NCBI GenBank assembly: GCA_015680685.1
Contig: MNCI01000805.1
Span: forward strand, 14,573-78,572
Direction: 5' to 3'
From: Gnetum montanum
Lineage: Eukaryota > Plantae > Gnetophyta
DNA: 64,000 nt
Shown here: one piece after another, positions 45,083 to 58,220 of the stretch
How the letters are laid out: the number at the start of each line of letters is the position of its first letter
Numbering within the stretch: position 1 is the stretch's first letter
Notes under the pieces: model-generated
Seen by the model: only the letters and a program-made list of their open reading frames with translations
Told to the model about the DNA's origin: nothing
The model's database searches: none
Made by a program: the position numbers and the translations under genes

Positions 45083-48000
45083 ATTTAGTATCTTGGAATG
45101 TTTGCGGCCTTATAGATAGGCTTCAAGGTAAAAGGGATAGCAATTTTCTCTCTAGTCTGAATACCACCTTTGATATCATCCTTCTTCAGGAAATTAAAAT
45201 TTCAGCTTCTAACTTATAGTTTTTATCTCATAGGTTTCTTTCCCACTCCTCATTCATAGCTACCTCCCACATGTATGGAAAAGGTGGAGCAGCTATTCTC
45301 ATTTCAGCCCATTGGAAAGACAAACTCATCCATTCTGGTTTCAATTCAAGCCAACGAGTTTCTTGGGCTATCTTTTCCTCCTCCCATGGACCCTTTGGGG
45401 TTTGCTCTATTTATGCTCCAAATAACTCCATGGAATGGGCTAACTTATGGCAAGAACTAACCTATTCTCTTCCTTTCATTCCTTGGATTTTTGGTGGAGA
45501 TTTTAATATGATTGAATTCCCTTATGATAAACCTGGGGGAGTCCCTTTTTGACTTCCTCCTCATGAATTTCAACCTTGGTCTAACTTTAAAAAAAAATTT
45601 TATCTTCTTGATGGTGTCAAGGATAACTCAAGCAGACCTCTCCATAGATTTACTTGGAGTAACCTTCATCTTGGTCAGGCTCGAATATATAGTCGGCTAG
45701 ATCGATTTTACTTCTCCACACTATCCTTTTGGCAGGCAATCTCCACCACTACGGTTCACCAACATGCTACGTTATCTGACCATTATCCCATCGTCATTTC
45801 CATGCAAATCTCTGGTACTTCACATAGGACCAGACTCCACCTCTTTCGCCTACACTCTAATTTATTCTCTTCTCCTTCGTCTCAACAACTTCTTTCTAAT
45901 CTTTGGAATGCCGAACCTAGGCCCATAGGTCAGGTGGGTTGGATCCAATGGTGGCTGCGAACCACTAGTAAGGTGAGGAACTTTGCTCGGAAGTTCGGCA
46001 AGGAAGTGGCCTCTCGTTCTAGACAAGAGTACAACAACATTTGTTCAACTATTAATAATCTTACGGAAAGGTTATCCATAGAACCCTTTAATACCCACAT
46101 TCATGAAGAACTTGCTAAAGTTCGCTCCACTTTCCAATATTGGGAAGTCCACAAGGCCCACAGTGCCTTAATCAAAAGTAGACTTACTTGGTTGAAGATT
46201 CAAGATGAGCAATGTAAGGAATTTTTTAAATATCTTAACAGCTCTCCTTCCATTCCATCCCCAGATACTCTCTCTAGGGATGGTGTTATTATCACTGATC
46301 ATGATAGTATACTCTCTTACCTTAAGGAGCACTTTGAAGCCTTGTTTATAGCTTCCCCAATGAATCTCTCATCATTTAAGGCCACTACGTGTAACTATCC
46401 TAGGTTAGTTGACTCATCCATGTCTCACATCCTTGATGCTAATATCACTCAAGAAGAGATTCAACATGCTTATTTCAAACTCAGCTCTGGGAAAGCTCCT
46501 AGATATGATGGTTTCCCTATTGAATTTTTTTAGAGGCATTGGAATCTTGTTGGCTATGACCTTTTCCAAGTAATTAAAGAGGCTATCTATCTTGGTTCTC
46601 TTGGACCAAATTTAAATCTTGGGATTATTCGCCTCCTTCCCAAATCAGGAGACCCTACTAGTATAGCTAATTGGCGACCCATTACTCTTCTTAATGTGGT
46701 ATACAAAATTTGGGCCAAATGCTTAGCCTTACATTTGAAAAAATTCCTTCATAAAATTATATCCCCTCAACAAACCAGATTTGTCCCAGGGCATTATATC
46801 TTAGATAATTTTGTGGCTACTTGGGAAGGTTTGCAATGGGCTGAGGATGATGGCCAAGACATCCTTTTGATGAAATTGGACTATGCCAAGGCCTACGACA
46901 ATATTAAGTGGGACTTTATCCTTCAAAATATGTCAAAACTAGGTTTTGGCTCCAAGTATCTTCATATGGTGAAANTAGGAGAGGAAAAGTGCACGCCATA
47001 TAGCATCCCTAATTGAATATCATGGTTAATTTGATGGCAAAGGAAATCNNNNNNNNNNNNNNNNNNNNNNNNNNNNNNNNNAGGATTTCCTTTGCCATCA
47101 AATTAACCATGATATTCAATTAGGGATGCTNNNNNNNNNNNNNNNNNNNNNNNNNNNNNNNNNNNNNNNNNNNNNNNNNNNNNNNNNNNNNNNNNNNNNN
47201 NNNNNNNNNNNNNNNNNNNNNNNNNNNNNNNNNNNNNNNNNNNNNNNNNNNNNNNNNNNNNNNNNNNNNNNNNNNNNNNNNNNNNNNNNNNNNNNNNNNN
47301 NNNNNNNNNNNNNNNNNNNNNNNNNNNNNNNNNNNNNNNNNNNNNNNNNNNNNNNNNNNNNNNNNNNNNNNNNNNNNNNNNNNNNNNNNNNNNNNNNNNN
47401 NNNNNNNNNNNNNNNNNNNNNNNNNNNNNNNNNNNNNNNNNNNNNNNNNNNNNNNNNNNNNNNNNNNNNNNNNNNNNNNNNNNNNNNNNNNNNNNNNNNN
47501 NNNNNNNNNNNNNNNNNNNNNNNNNNNNNNNNNNNNNNNNNNNNNNNNNNNNNNNNNNNNNNNNNNNNNNNNNNNNNNNNNNNNNNNNNNNNNNNNNNNN
47601 NNNNNNNNNNNNNNNNNNNNNNNNNNNNNNNNNNNNNNNNNNNNNNNNNNNNNNNNNNNNNNNNNNNNNNNNNNNNNNNNNNNNNNNNNNNNNNNNNNNN
47701 NNNNNNNNNNNNNNNNNNNNNNNNNNNNNNNNNNNNNNNNNNNNNNNNNNNNNNNAGATTAGCCATTATTTGATACCAGAAGGAAGTGATTTCCCTTAAT
47801 TGTCTTCGTCTTGCTAATCAATGGATTTCTTGGAAAGCATTTGAAAACTTATATGGAGCTTCAAAAGCAATGCGGCTTTGCTTCCACTAGATACTTACAT
47901 TTCTTCATCAATCATTACACCTAGATGGTGCTATCGAAGGTCTATTTCATGGCCTCTATTGGTCTAATGGATCAATAATTTTTCCTTATCGACCACATGT

Positions 48001-48652
48001 TCCCTTCCAATTGTTACACGATTCTTCCGAAGTCATTCTACGCTGTAATCGATCTTGGAATAAACAAGAATTAGAGAATTTTTGGATCTCTCTTTTTAAC
48101 CAAATTTGGCATCTCCCGACTCTTCCCAAAATTCAACAATTCCTTTGGTGTTTTCTTCAACAAGGTCTCCCAATTGGGAAACGTTTAGCATACCTTGGGA
48201 TTCACTCCCCTAAGTGCACTTTATGTAATGACCCTGAAACCTTTGTCCATGTTTTTTGGCTTTGCCCATTTGCTCAACATGCATGGGAATGGGCTTCTAA
48301 GGTTTTTCCCTCATGCACTATTACACAAGAGGCTATAATGTTTGGTTTCTTATCTATCAGGTCCAAAAACTCTCATATCCTATGGAAGATCCTTAGGCCC
48401 ATCATCTTATATAATATTTGGAAACGTAGATGTACCACACTTTTTCAAAAGACAATTATTTCAAACTCCTTACAACTAACTACTTTGGAAAAAATTCAAA
48501 TCCTTTGGCATGTTCACTTCCAAATTATATCTCAAGCCCCAAAATTCAAGATGAATGCTAACCAGTTGTTTTTCTTATTGCAGCCATGGAGTCATATCGA
48601 AGATCCAAATAATCACCATCATCAAGCCTCGCTTCAGAAGAAAGTCTCCTAA
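45079..48652 (+). pseudogene. LINE ORF2: APE endonuclease, RT, zf-RVT
   Basis: MNLVSWNVCGL, LQE.K, SIYAPN, GGDFN, SRLDRF, SDHYPI (EN); GKAP..DGFPIEFF, NWRPITLLN..YKI, KLDYAKAYD (RT); W..PKIQQFLW..C.LC..ETFVHVFWLC (zf-RVT). Stops and gaps present. Confidence 0.92.
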
Positions 48653-49014
48653 TTAAGCCATAGTATTCTACACCATTTGGCCCTTTTCCTCTTTCTTCCA
48701 CCTTTGTTCTCATTCGACAATCCACATCCAGGAAAAGATACACACATTTCAGTGAATGGTTGATCTTTGGAATGCATTTCCACACCCTGTGGAATGCTAA
48801 GTTTAACATGTTTCCTCTATAATAGTCTCAATCAACACGGTTTCTCTTCCTCGTTTCCTCATTCTATATGTCTTGAAGTAGCTTATGTACTAAATTTTGT
48901 TNGTTTCCTCATTCTATATGTCTTTAAGTAGCTTATGTACTAAATTTTGTTTTCTATTAATAAAATTCTCTTTTTGGTGTCCAACACCCCCCCTCCCCCC
49001 CAAAATAAATGCTC

Positions 49015-51671
49015 ATTTCATGGACTAGAGTTTTTGCATGCAATTGCACCTTGTATCACTGTACGCGATGCATGGAACTCATCTCTTCTTGATATTTTTA
49101 AATGCATTTTCTTTTAATATCTTCTTGCATCAACAATTCTTAACCATGTTCTTCCTTAATGATTGGGAAGTCCCCCTTATAGTTCTCAACCTTGATTACT
49201 ATGAAATCAGCAAGATAAGACCACCCACAGATAGTGGTGACAATGTCTTCGACTAGTTCTAATAGAACAGTGATAGACTGGTCTACTAATTCCAATCTAA
49301 TACTACTCTTCTTAAGAGGTGGCAAGTTCCATGTAGCATACATCTCATGAGGTATCAAGTCCACATTGGAACTCAAATCAAGAATAGCTTTACATGGTTC
49401 ATTTCTAGCAATCTATAAATAGATGAGAGGACTTTTAGGATTAGCTAATTTCCTAGGAAGGTTGTGAGCCCATATCCAATCAGATACATCATGGGTGAGC
49501 ATAATAGTATGGATTTTGGATGGCATTTGGTTTGAAGGGGACCTAATGGAATGGTTTGTAGTGGATGAGGTAGGAGTAGGGTGCCCAGGTGCCTAAGTCC
49601 ATGAACGTGTAGTAGGGCTATTAATTCAAAAGAATGGTCTTTTACAAGTATGAGATTTGGAACCCCTTGGTTGATGAACTAGTTGTATATTGATGGCCCT
49701 AGTAGCATTGCATTACTATGGCTAGGCTGGAAATTCACCTTGCATGGATGGAGTAGATGGTAGTTGCATTGAGGATGGAGGAACAAGTGTAAAAATAGTA
49801 GGAGAATAAGGATAAAATTTTGCATCCCTTCTAATATATGAAAAATGAGTTCTGTAGTATTTGGGAGGGTGGTAGTGATGTGGGAAAGGAGAGACATGAC
49901 TAGAAGAGCCACATGGAGATAGGGGTTGCTAAACATAATACCCATGTGGATTTGGTTTCCTATAAGGGTATTGTTGCCTTGGTGGTGGCATCTCCCACAA
50001 CTGTGGTTGGTGCCATTATTGATATTGCTCATACAGTTGTGGTGGCATTTCACTTGGATAATATTATTAGTTACCACTTAGTGCCATTGTTGATATTGCT
50101 TGTACGATTGCTCTCTTGATTATTTAGTGATTTTTAGAGTAGTTTGGAGTTTTTCATCCAACAAATCCCACATTTCATCCACCTTGGCTGAAATTTTAGA
50201 TAGATTTTTGCATCGAAAAGGTCTTCCTATTTACCACTCATCAAGTGATGATTCCTCCTCACTATCATAAAATTAGACCTCCCTCTTTTTGATTGAAGGA
50301 TCCTTGTTGTATTCCTTTGCACTTTCACATTTCCTCAACTCTCCTTCTTCTTTTTCTACCTACTCAATTAGCCTTTGAAATTGATGGGCTCTAAGTTTTG
50401 ATAGTCTCCCTTGGACATAGATCACAAGAGTTTTCCTCATTTTTTATATAAGTCCATCTATGATATGGAAAAGTTGTTTCCATTGAGAATAACCATGGCT
50501 AGGGCATCGATGTATGAGAGAATAGTATTTGCCCATGGTGGCATTCACGGATTCACGATTTTCTTTCTTCCATCCTTGGATTTTCCTTCTCATATTAGAC
50601 ACTATGGAGTATGTCTGATACTTATCATTAAATAACTCTAGCATTATACTCTACTTGTGGATGGCTTCTGGCTCCAAGGACTAGTACCAAATTTTTGCTT
50701 CCTTTATGAGTGTCTTGGGAAATAGCTTTAGTTTTCTCCAATAATTTTCAATATTTTGTGTTTGTGGTTTAGAATTATATCCCACATCAAATCTAGGAAT
50801 ATTATTCATATCAAGTCATCTAATCGAACTATCTTTCACATTCTTCGTTGAAAGTTTTACAGCCTTTGAAATATTTAACATGCTTCAAGTTGCCAACAAA
50901 GGCTCATCATCATCATTATGTTGATGATGTCCTCTACTACCCCTTAAATCATGGTGGGCTTGACAATCATCATTATTGTCCTAATATTCATGTCCATCAC
51001 ATTTGTTCTTTCTATGGTGTTTGTTAATCCTAGAAGAGAAAGAAAATGATGTTGATGAAGAGGGCAAAGAGGGAGGAGGATTGCCACCACCATGGTGTCT
51101 ACCAACTTCTCTTTGGTTTTCATGGTCACATTCATCAATTTTCTTATCCTCTTAATACTTTTTTAAGCCCCTAAATTGACTACCATTCTTACCTAAAATT
51201 GATAGTGAAGTGCAGAGTTAGGGCCACACCCCCATCACTAGTAACAAGGGATGGAGAATCTTCATGTTGAGAGCCCCTAGAGGAAGGGTCCTCATTGTCA
51301 TCTTGGTTAAATAGGAACAAGAGATTGGTTAATCGTTTCCCCTTCACAAACTCATGGTTCTTCTCTTGGTGTTAATCTCTCATGCATTGTGTTTTAGTGG
51401 GATGGTAGTCCCGGTAGTCATTATCATGCACAACATATTATTTTTGAAGATATTGGATGCCCAGCCTCCTAAGAGGTTAAAGCAACATCACAAGCATGGA
51501 TCGATCAAGAGGCATTATAATGTTACCTTCCATATCACACCATCGCAATTTTTCATCTTGATGCAAGATGAAAGTGAAATTAGACACATACTCATCTATA
51601 TGAATATACATCACCTTGCATTCTTGAGAAACTGGTAGTTTAGTATCATTACGTTTGTGAGAAGAAGACAT
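49015..51671 (-). pseudogene. gag: Element B gag-protease, degenerate homologue of the element C ORF
   Basis: MSSSH..DEYVSNFTFILHQDEKLRWCDMEGNI; MLELFNDKYQTYS..RKIQGWK..LIHRCPSHGY; WNLPPLKKSSIRLELVDQS..TTICGWSYLADFIVI. All align with the element C protein. Confidence 0.9.
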
Positions 51672-51806
51672 CTTGCAATACAAATAGGATATCAATGTGC
51701 TTATGTGATTATATTATTTGTGAGAATGATTTTTAAACTTAGGGTTTATCCAACAATGTTAATGATTTTCACTAAACCTAGATAGCACACATTTCAACAA
51801 AAAGAG

Positions 51807-51824
51807 TCCCCGACAACGACACCA
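51807..51824 (-). promoter_or_regulatory. Element B PBS (deaminated Athila PBS)
   Basis: TGGTGTCGTTGTCGGGGA equals element C's PBS with three C>T changes. Confidence 0.88.
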
Positions 51825-51825
51825 A

Positions 51826-53013
51826 TGATGTGTGGTCAAGATACCCCTACATCCAACCATACGAATCATGAAGCATTCATGTGCAATTCAGTTGAATTCC
51901 ATAGACTCTATGTCTCCTGATACACTAGTCTTCTAGGAAGTGAACTTTGTCTTAATAGTCATTCGTTCCCAATTACACTTGTGATGCACAAAGGTATGGT
52001 TGAGTGTAACTGAGCATCTAATTTTTATTATTTTATGTTTTATGTTCCTCGTGCTTGAAATAGAGAAATGAAGTAATTTAATAACTAATTTAATTTAACT
52101 AACTAACTAATCTCTAACTACTCCTAACACAAGGATCCAGAATCATGAAGCATTCATGTGCAATTCAGTTGAATTCCATAGACTCTATGTCTCCTGATAC
52201 ACTAGTCTTCTAGGAAGTGAACTTTGTCTTAATAGTCATTCGTTCCCAATTACACTTGTGATGCACAAAGGTATGGTTGAGTGTAACTGAGCATCTAATT
52301 TTTATTATTTTATGTTTTATGTTCCTCATGCTTGAAATAGAGAAATGAAGTAATTTAATAACTAATTTAATTTAACTAACTAACTAATCTCTAACTACTC
52401 CTAACACAAGGATCCAATCCCACTTTTTGTACATGTTCTAAACCCACATATCCACTAGTGGGATTACTAGGTATTATGCTACTAGGTGAACCAAGAAATA
52501 ATGCTACTGGGATTACCAAGCAAATACATGTTTATGCTTGAGGTAGTCATACTTATGTGTGTAATCTATTTAGCTTAATTAATTAACTAATCACATGAGG
52601 TCTAATTTAGATTAATTAATTACATAATTAATGAAAATAATAAATGCATAAATGAATCATTGATCTATTCCAAGTGCTGCAAGGTTTGATCAAGAGGCTT
52701 GTCTTTATTTCCTTTTACACTAGTGTGTTCAGGTACAAAAATTCTTGAATAAAGATCTATATACTTTTTTGACTCTTACTGTGGGCACTTAGAGAAATAT
52801 TCTAACTCTTAATTGATAAAACTATAGGAGCTATGGTACAACTATGACTTGACCTCCCATAAAGACAACTAGTGAGCATGTATTTGCCCCATAGATGTAG
52901 CAAATGCTACATCTATGTAATTCCATAAATGGAGTAACACCATGTAGAGAGGCTTATGTTAATGAGGCCATCTTAATGGGGGCCCATCAATGTGACACAA
53001 TGATGATTCATCA
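51826..53013 (-). repeat. Element B 5' LTR, with a 277-bp internal tandem duplication
   Basis: Homologous to 26907-27805; 51863-52139 is repeated at 52140-52416. Confidence 0.9.
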
Positions 53014-53406
53014 ATGTTGATGAGAAGGATGCTCCCTTGAATTTGATTATTTAAGCCCTCTTAAAAAATAAATATTTTAAACAAGAAATAAGTAAATAAT
53101 AAAAGGAAATAAAACTTTATTCTTTCTCAAAAGAAATAGAATACATTGCACAATGAAAGTAACATAATTCCAAGTAAAGATAACCAATCAATCAAACCCT
53201 CACTCTACTCTTATAATACAAGAAGAACCATCAAAAGAATAATCACTCAAGTTCAATATTTAAGAGTATCTCTTACTCAAGCTTTCAAGCTTGTAATATG
53301 CCAATTGATGTATGGTACATTTGTTTAGATATTTTTTATTTTTATAGCCTTTGAAATCAATGTTTTCCTTTGGACTATTAGTATTCCATTTTAAAATAGT
53401 ATTATT

Positions 53407-54583
53407 TGTTGATATTTTGGTATGTCAAAACCTTGGAAAATTAAGAATGTGAAAAATGTATTTGTATAGTTTTGTAGGGCTAAGAAAGAACATGACAAGA
53501 GTAAAATCATGAGCTTAGAAGTGACAAGATGAGATTGTGACAATGAGAGTTGAGTTGAAAAAACAAGATCTAATTTTTTAAGATGAGAGCTAGGATGAGA
53601 AAATGAGAATTGGGATTTAAAAATCATAGCTAGGATGAGAAAATGAGAGCTAGGATGCTAATTTGAGATGGCACCAAGTCTCAATTAGAAAATGAACTCT
53701 ACAAGATAAAAGAAGGTATTTTGAGATCTACTGAGACATCCCAAATATCAAAGAAATATCCTAGATTTCAAAGTGTAGCTGTAGGATAGACATCTCAAAT
53801 TAATAGCAGATGTCCCAACTGTTGCTAGGATGTCCTAGCTAGTATTCCCCAACAATGATGTCCCAATTTTCCATGGAACATCCCACCTAAATATAGGCTA
53901 TTTATAGATAGATGTCCCAAGCATGAATGAGACATTCCAACAAGCCATTTCTTAGTCATTACATGAATTCCTAGGATGATTTGGAAAGTAAAAGGCTATA
54001 AAACAAAGTGGAATTCTTGGAAAACATACAAGCACTATTCATTGATTAATCCCATTATTATATATTAAGTAAATTTTTTTAATTCCTCATTATTTTTCCA
54101 TTGTTTATGTACTATTTTATGTGTGCCTAAGTGGAAGGAATTTATAAAGTGAGTTACATTTTCTCCTTCCTTATTTTTCTTTTATTATAGCCCTACAAGG
54201 TTAATGTGCTTATTACGAGAAGGAATATTGTAAGCTTGTTGAAACCTTGAGGGGTTGTGTGTGTTTTCAGCATGAAAACACTTACATCTTTGTAAAGGTT
54301 TTGGGATCCTTAAAATCACATTTTGAGCTTGTTTGGACCTTGCGAGGTTGAGTGTGTTTGTAATGATAAAATAGTCCAAGTGATGCTCAAACATTATAAA
54401 GGTTGTGATGTTCTTTAAACAACTTTTTGAAGGCATAAAGTCAAGAGATGTGCAAGGATTCTACCCTTTGATTGTGTATGTATCCAAGTTGGGAAATAAT
54501 ATAAATTTGTTTATGATTTTGGTTGTCTTCGTTGTTTGATTTGGGGAACTTATTCAACCCCCTTTCTAAGTTCTTAGTCCTCA
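53407..54583 (+). repeat. Element E 5' LTR
   Basis: TGTTGA...CCTCA, colinear with 58723-59873; internal gagagctaggatgagaaaat repeats. Confidence 0.87.
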
Positions 54584-54585
54584 AG

Positions 54586-54597
54586 TGGTATCAAAGA
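54586..54597 (+). promoter_or_regulatory. Element E PBS (tRNA-iMet type)
   Basis: TGGTATCAAAGA, one mismatch from TGGTATCAGAG, 2 nt after the LTR. Confidence 0.85.
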
Positions 54598-54637
54598 TTG
54601 GTACTCTTAAGTTTGGTGCTTAACATCTCCAAAGTGA

Positions 54638-56032
54638 ATGATGGAAGGGACATCCTACATCAAGCCACCTATTTTCAATGGGATCTACTTCACATACTAG
54701 AAAGCTAGAATGTAAGAATTTCTTGAATCCATGGAGTTTGAAGTTTAGAAGTCTATTATTGAAGGTTACACATTGCCCATCAATAGCACCATTAGAGCTA
54801 CCAAGCCAAGAAGCAAATGGACACAAGATGAAAAATATAAATTCATGTTTGATTCAAAAGTAAAAAATTGTCTTTAATGTGTTTTGAGTAAATTTGAATG
54901 TAATAGAGTAGCTGGGTTTAAAACTGCTAAAGAAATTTGAAAAATGGTAGAAGCAACATATGAAGGTACACCTCTTGTAAAATAATCAAAGCTTCTAATT
55001 TTGCAACGTGAGTATGAGAAATTGAAAAGGAAAGAAGTAGAGAAGATTAAAGATTACTTTTCAAGAGCCAATGAACTTGTTGTAGCCACCAGAGGAATGG
55101 GTAAGGTTCTGATTAAAAGTGATGTTATCATCAAAATGATAAGAACCTTGTAGCCCAAATTTAGAAACAAGGTAATAACCATGGGGGAAATTATGGATTT
55201 TTCAATCCTAAAATTTGAAGAGCTAAAAAGTGCACTTATAGCTTATGAGATGAATCTCATAAGCAAAGGTGTTATTAAGGAAAAGCCCATTTCCCTCAAG
55301 ATTTCATCAAAGAATAAGGAGCCACTTAAAAATAAATTAAAAAATTTCTACACCAATTGGAATGATGAATAAAGTGAATAAGAAATAGATGATACCTCCT
55401 TGACATCACATCTTATCCATATGACCCTTGCTAATGATGATCCAAAAATGGAAACTGAAGAACCTGAAGGAGGTATTGAAGAAAGATATGACTTCTTATC
55501 CAATGAGATTTTATCCTTTCAAAGTTTATGAATTAAATTGAAGGCCTTAAATGATAAAGATTTAGAGTTATCCCAACTCAATAAAAAATACTTGAATCTC
55601 TTAAAAGAAATCTTAAACCCAAGGGCTGAGAATCAAAAACTAACATCCTCATATGAGAAGATTATAAAAGAGCTTGTAGATACAAAGCTTGTAAATGAGA
55701 GACTTGTTAAAGAAAAGGAGATCCTTCAAATAGTATTAGGAAAAGGAAGAGATCCACATGAAAAAAGTGGACCAAGAAGTCATCAACAAGCTGAGGCATC
55801 CTCGAGCACTTCATCCAAATGGGATTACACTCCAAGGTTTGATCATCTTGTTCAAGTAAGAAAAATTAAGTGTTATTATTATGGTAAGTTTGGGTATAAG
55901 CAGTCAAAATCTCATTTGCAAATGAAACATTATCATATGAAAACTTGGTCATATAAAAAATATGATCCCTTGGCCTTATCCAAAGGTACTGAAAAGGAAT
56001 ACCTTGCAAGTCATAAATATATGGAGGATTAA
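54638..56032 (+). pseudogene. gag: Element E copia/SIRE gag, degenerate
   Basis: MEG..KPPIFNG..Y*KARM..; EF(E/N)RV..KTAKEI*..TYEGT..V..SKL..L..EYE; ELKSALIAYEM; decayed zinc knuckle KCYYYGKFGY. Confidence 0.8.
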
Positions 56033-56598
56033 AGAAAAAATGAAGAAAGAACTCATTCTGTAACAAGAAACTTCATAAGGGAATATTAGATATATGAGAT
56101 ACAAGAAAGTTGTACCAATCATAAAGGAGGAACTTTGGAGAGAGAAGCTCATTCTAAATCTACATAGACATCATATCCTCTCAATAGCAAGCAAGGTGAG
56201 TACAAGTAAGTATTGGTAAGAATGTTTCCTTAACTTGCATTAGATTTTTAACCTTGTTTTATGATTAGATTTACCTTTGGAAGAATCCCCTTAAGCCTTC
56301 ATCCTTGTAGTCCAACTTCATGTTGGGATGTCCCATTGTTTTCTGAGAAGACCCACCTGGGATGTTCCATCTCAATCATGGACATCGCACTATGTTTTGG
56401 GGCAACTTAGGTGAGACATCCCATTCTTTTGGGACATTTCAATTTTAGGAAGAAATCCTTGATAACCATAGCTATATGAATCCAATCTCCTTTTTTTTTT
56501 GTTTCATCCCCTCAAACATTGGACGTCTTAGCACAAATGATAAGGGCTTCCTTCTAGCTACATTTTTAGTCCATTTCTTATGATCCTTGTTTAAATCC

Positions 56599-58220
56599 AT
56601 GGCACATAAGAATATTGGTACATCAATGGTGCCTCACAAAGGAAAAAGCACAAAGGGAGCTTTAACAAGCAAGAAAAAAAATTATGAGCCTCAATTTTAT
56701 CCTACAAATTCTCAACATTAGTTTGAGATAGCTCATTCTATCTTCATTATCTATGAAAAGAATCTCAATTTTTAGCAACAACATCAAAAGAAATGAATGG
56801 CATTCTTCAAAGCTATTGGTTAGACTTCTATGGTTTCTATGAATTATTGTGTACCTGAGATATTGATTAGAGAATTCTATTGTAATATTACTATTACTAA
56901 TCCTACTATTGGGGCCTTTATTTCTATTATTGGGGAAATTGTGAGTGAGGTTTCATTGCAAGTAGTGAATGCTATTCTTGTGATTTCTATCTCTAAAGCG
57001 CATAGGATTAATATACATTCCATGAGTGATATCTTCACCAATGATGTAATTCCAATTTCTCATGATGAATTTTGCGATGCCATTTTTGGCAAAATTGTTA
57101 TCTCTTAGAAGTGTGAAAGTTTATAGGCATCAAATTTTTCAAGATGATACCACCCTCTCACTTATTATCTTATATAACATTATTGTACATGGAGAAAGTT
57201 ATAATTATCTATTACCCACCTAAGCCTCTTTGATCTATTGTCTTCTAACTAGGCATCCATTAGATCTTGGAGCATATTCTTTGAAGGGATATGCTGGCTT
57301 TATTTGGCAAAGAGAGGGTTTATGGACATCCTCTTCGTATTAGCTTATTGATTCAACAAGTAGGTGTCCCTATCCCTTATATGCCTCTTCTCAAGGGGAA
57401 GAGGAGTCTTGTAGAGTTTTTTGAGAAGAGGATCATAATACTTTTAGACTCTAAAGTCCTAGCTTGTCCACCTCAAAAGGCAAGAAGGAACTAGGCAACA
57501 TTTCCACCTAGGCTCTCTTCTCAAGTTAGAAGATCAAAATCTGTAAGCACACAAGTGAAGTTAGTGTTAAAGAAGATGTTGAAATACTTTGGAAAAACCT
57601 TAAGGATGACTGGAATAAATCTCTCTTACTTGCATAAGAGAATGGATGTGGCATAAGTTCCACTTCCTTTGGATGGGTATCCATTTGAGGATATTACCAC
57701 TCCTCTTATATCAGATAGTGATGAGGATAGTCTAGCTCTAGCCAAACATTCCACAATAGCTAGGTGATCCCCAGGGTATGATTTGGGAAATTCATCAGAT
57801 TTTGATGATCTTATTGCTCCACTTGCATATGTCTAAGGGGAGTCTATTTTTTATCCTACCTAGCTCTGACTAGGTATCTGTGTATAGAAGGATGTTCCTC
57901 AAAATTTTGAGTAGTAGGCAATGGAGAGCATTTTTGGTGCCATGGCTTAGTGGGAACAAGTGGCTTCCAAAACTTACTAGAGGAAGGGTGCTTCCTCATC
58001 TTCTCAATAGGCTCCATCTCATCACTCTTCATCATCATCATATTAGGTAGAGAATTATTCCTGAAGAGTTTCCATCTCATTATCTTCTTCTAATGATGAT
58101 GAGTAATAGGTCTCCAACTCTAGTACCCATAGTGATATGAGGAGGAGAAGACTTACTAGTCCACTGATGTAGATTTTGGCTTTGATGAGGATGATGATGA
58201 TAAGGATGTTAGTTATTAGA
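56599..58220 (+). pseudogene. Element E env-like ORF, degenerate
   Basis: ATG at 56599; PEILIREFYCNI resembles the LV.EFY.N motif of plant env-like proteins; acidic C-terminus. End approximate. Confidence 0.6.

Larger units (their letters stand above)
43680..49001 (+). mobile_element. Element D: L1-clade LINE, apparently full length, inserted between PROT and RT of element B
   Basis: 13-bp TSD AAAATAAATGCTC (43667-43679, 49002-49014); CpG-rich 5' UTR; ORF1 and ORF2; AATAAA near 48959. Three N gaps. Confidence 0.92.
26907..53013 (-). mobile_element. Element B: old Athila-type Ty3/gypsy LTR retrotransposon (gag-pol + env-like) hosting elements C and D
   Basis: LTRs 26907-27805 and 51826-53013 (TGATG...CATCA). 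TSD ATGTT (26902-26906, 53014-53018). Athila-type PBS and PPT; gag, PROT, RT, RH, INT and env-like remnants on the - strand. Confidence 0.92.

Noticed and set aside
46975-47130. Perfect inverted repeat or hairpin in LINE ORF2
   Set aside because: The arms flank an N run and start at an n; a mis-oriented overlapping contig end.
47116-47773. 215-216 aa ORFs
   Set aside because: Composed of N-gap X residues.
48850-48952. ~50-bp tandem duplication in the LINE 3' UTR
   Set aside because: The junction is an n (48902); an unmerged overlap.
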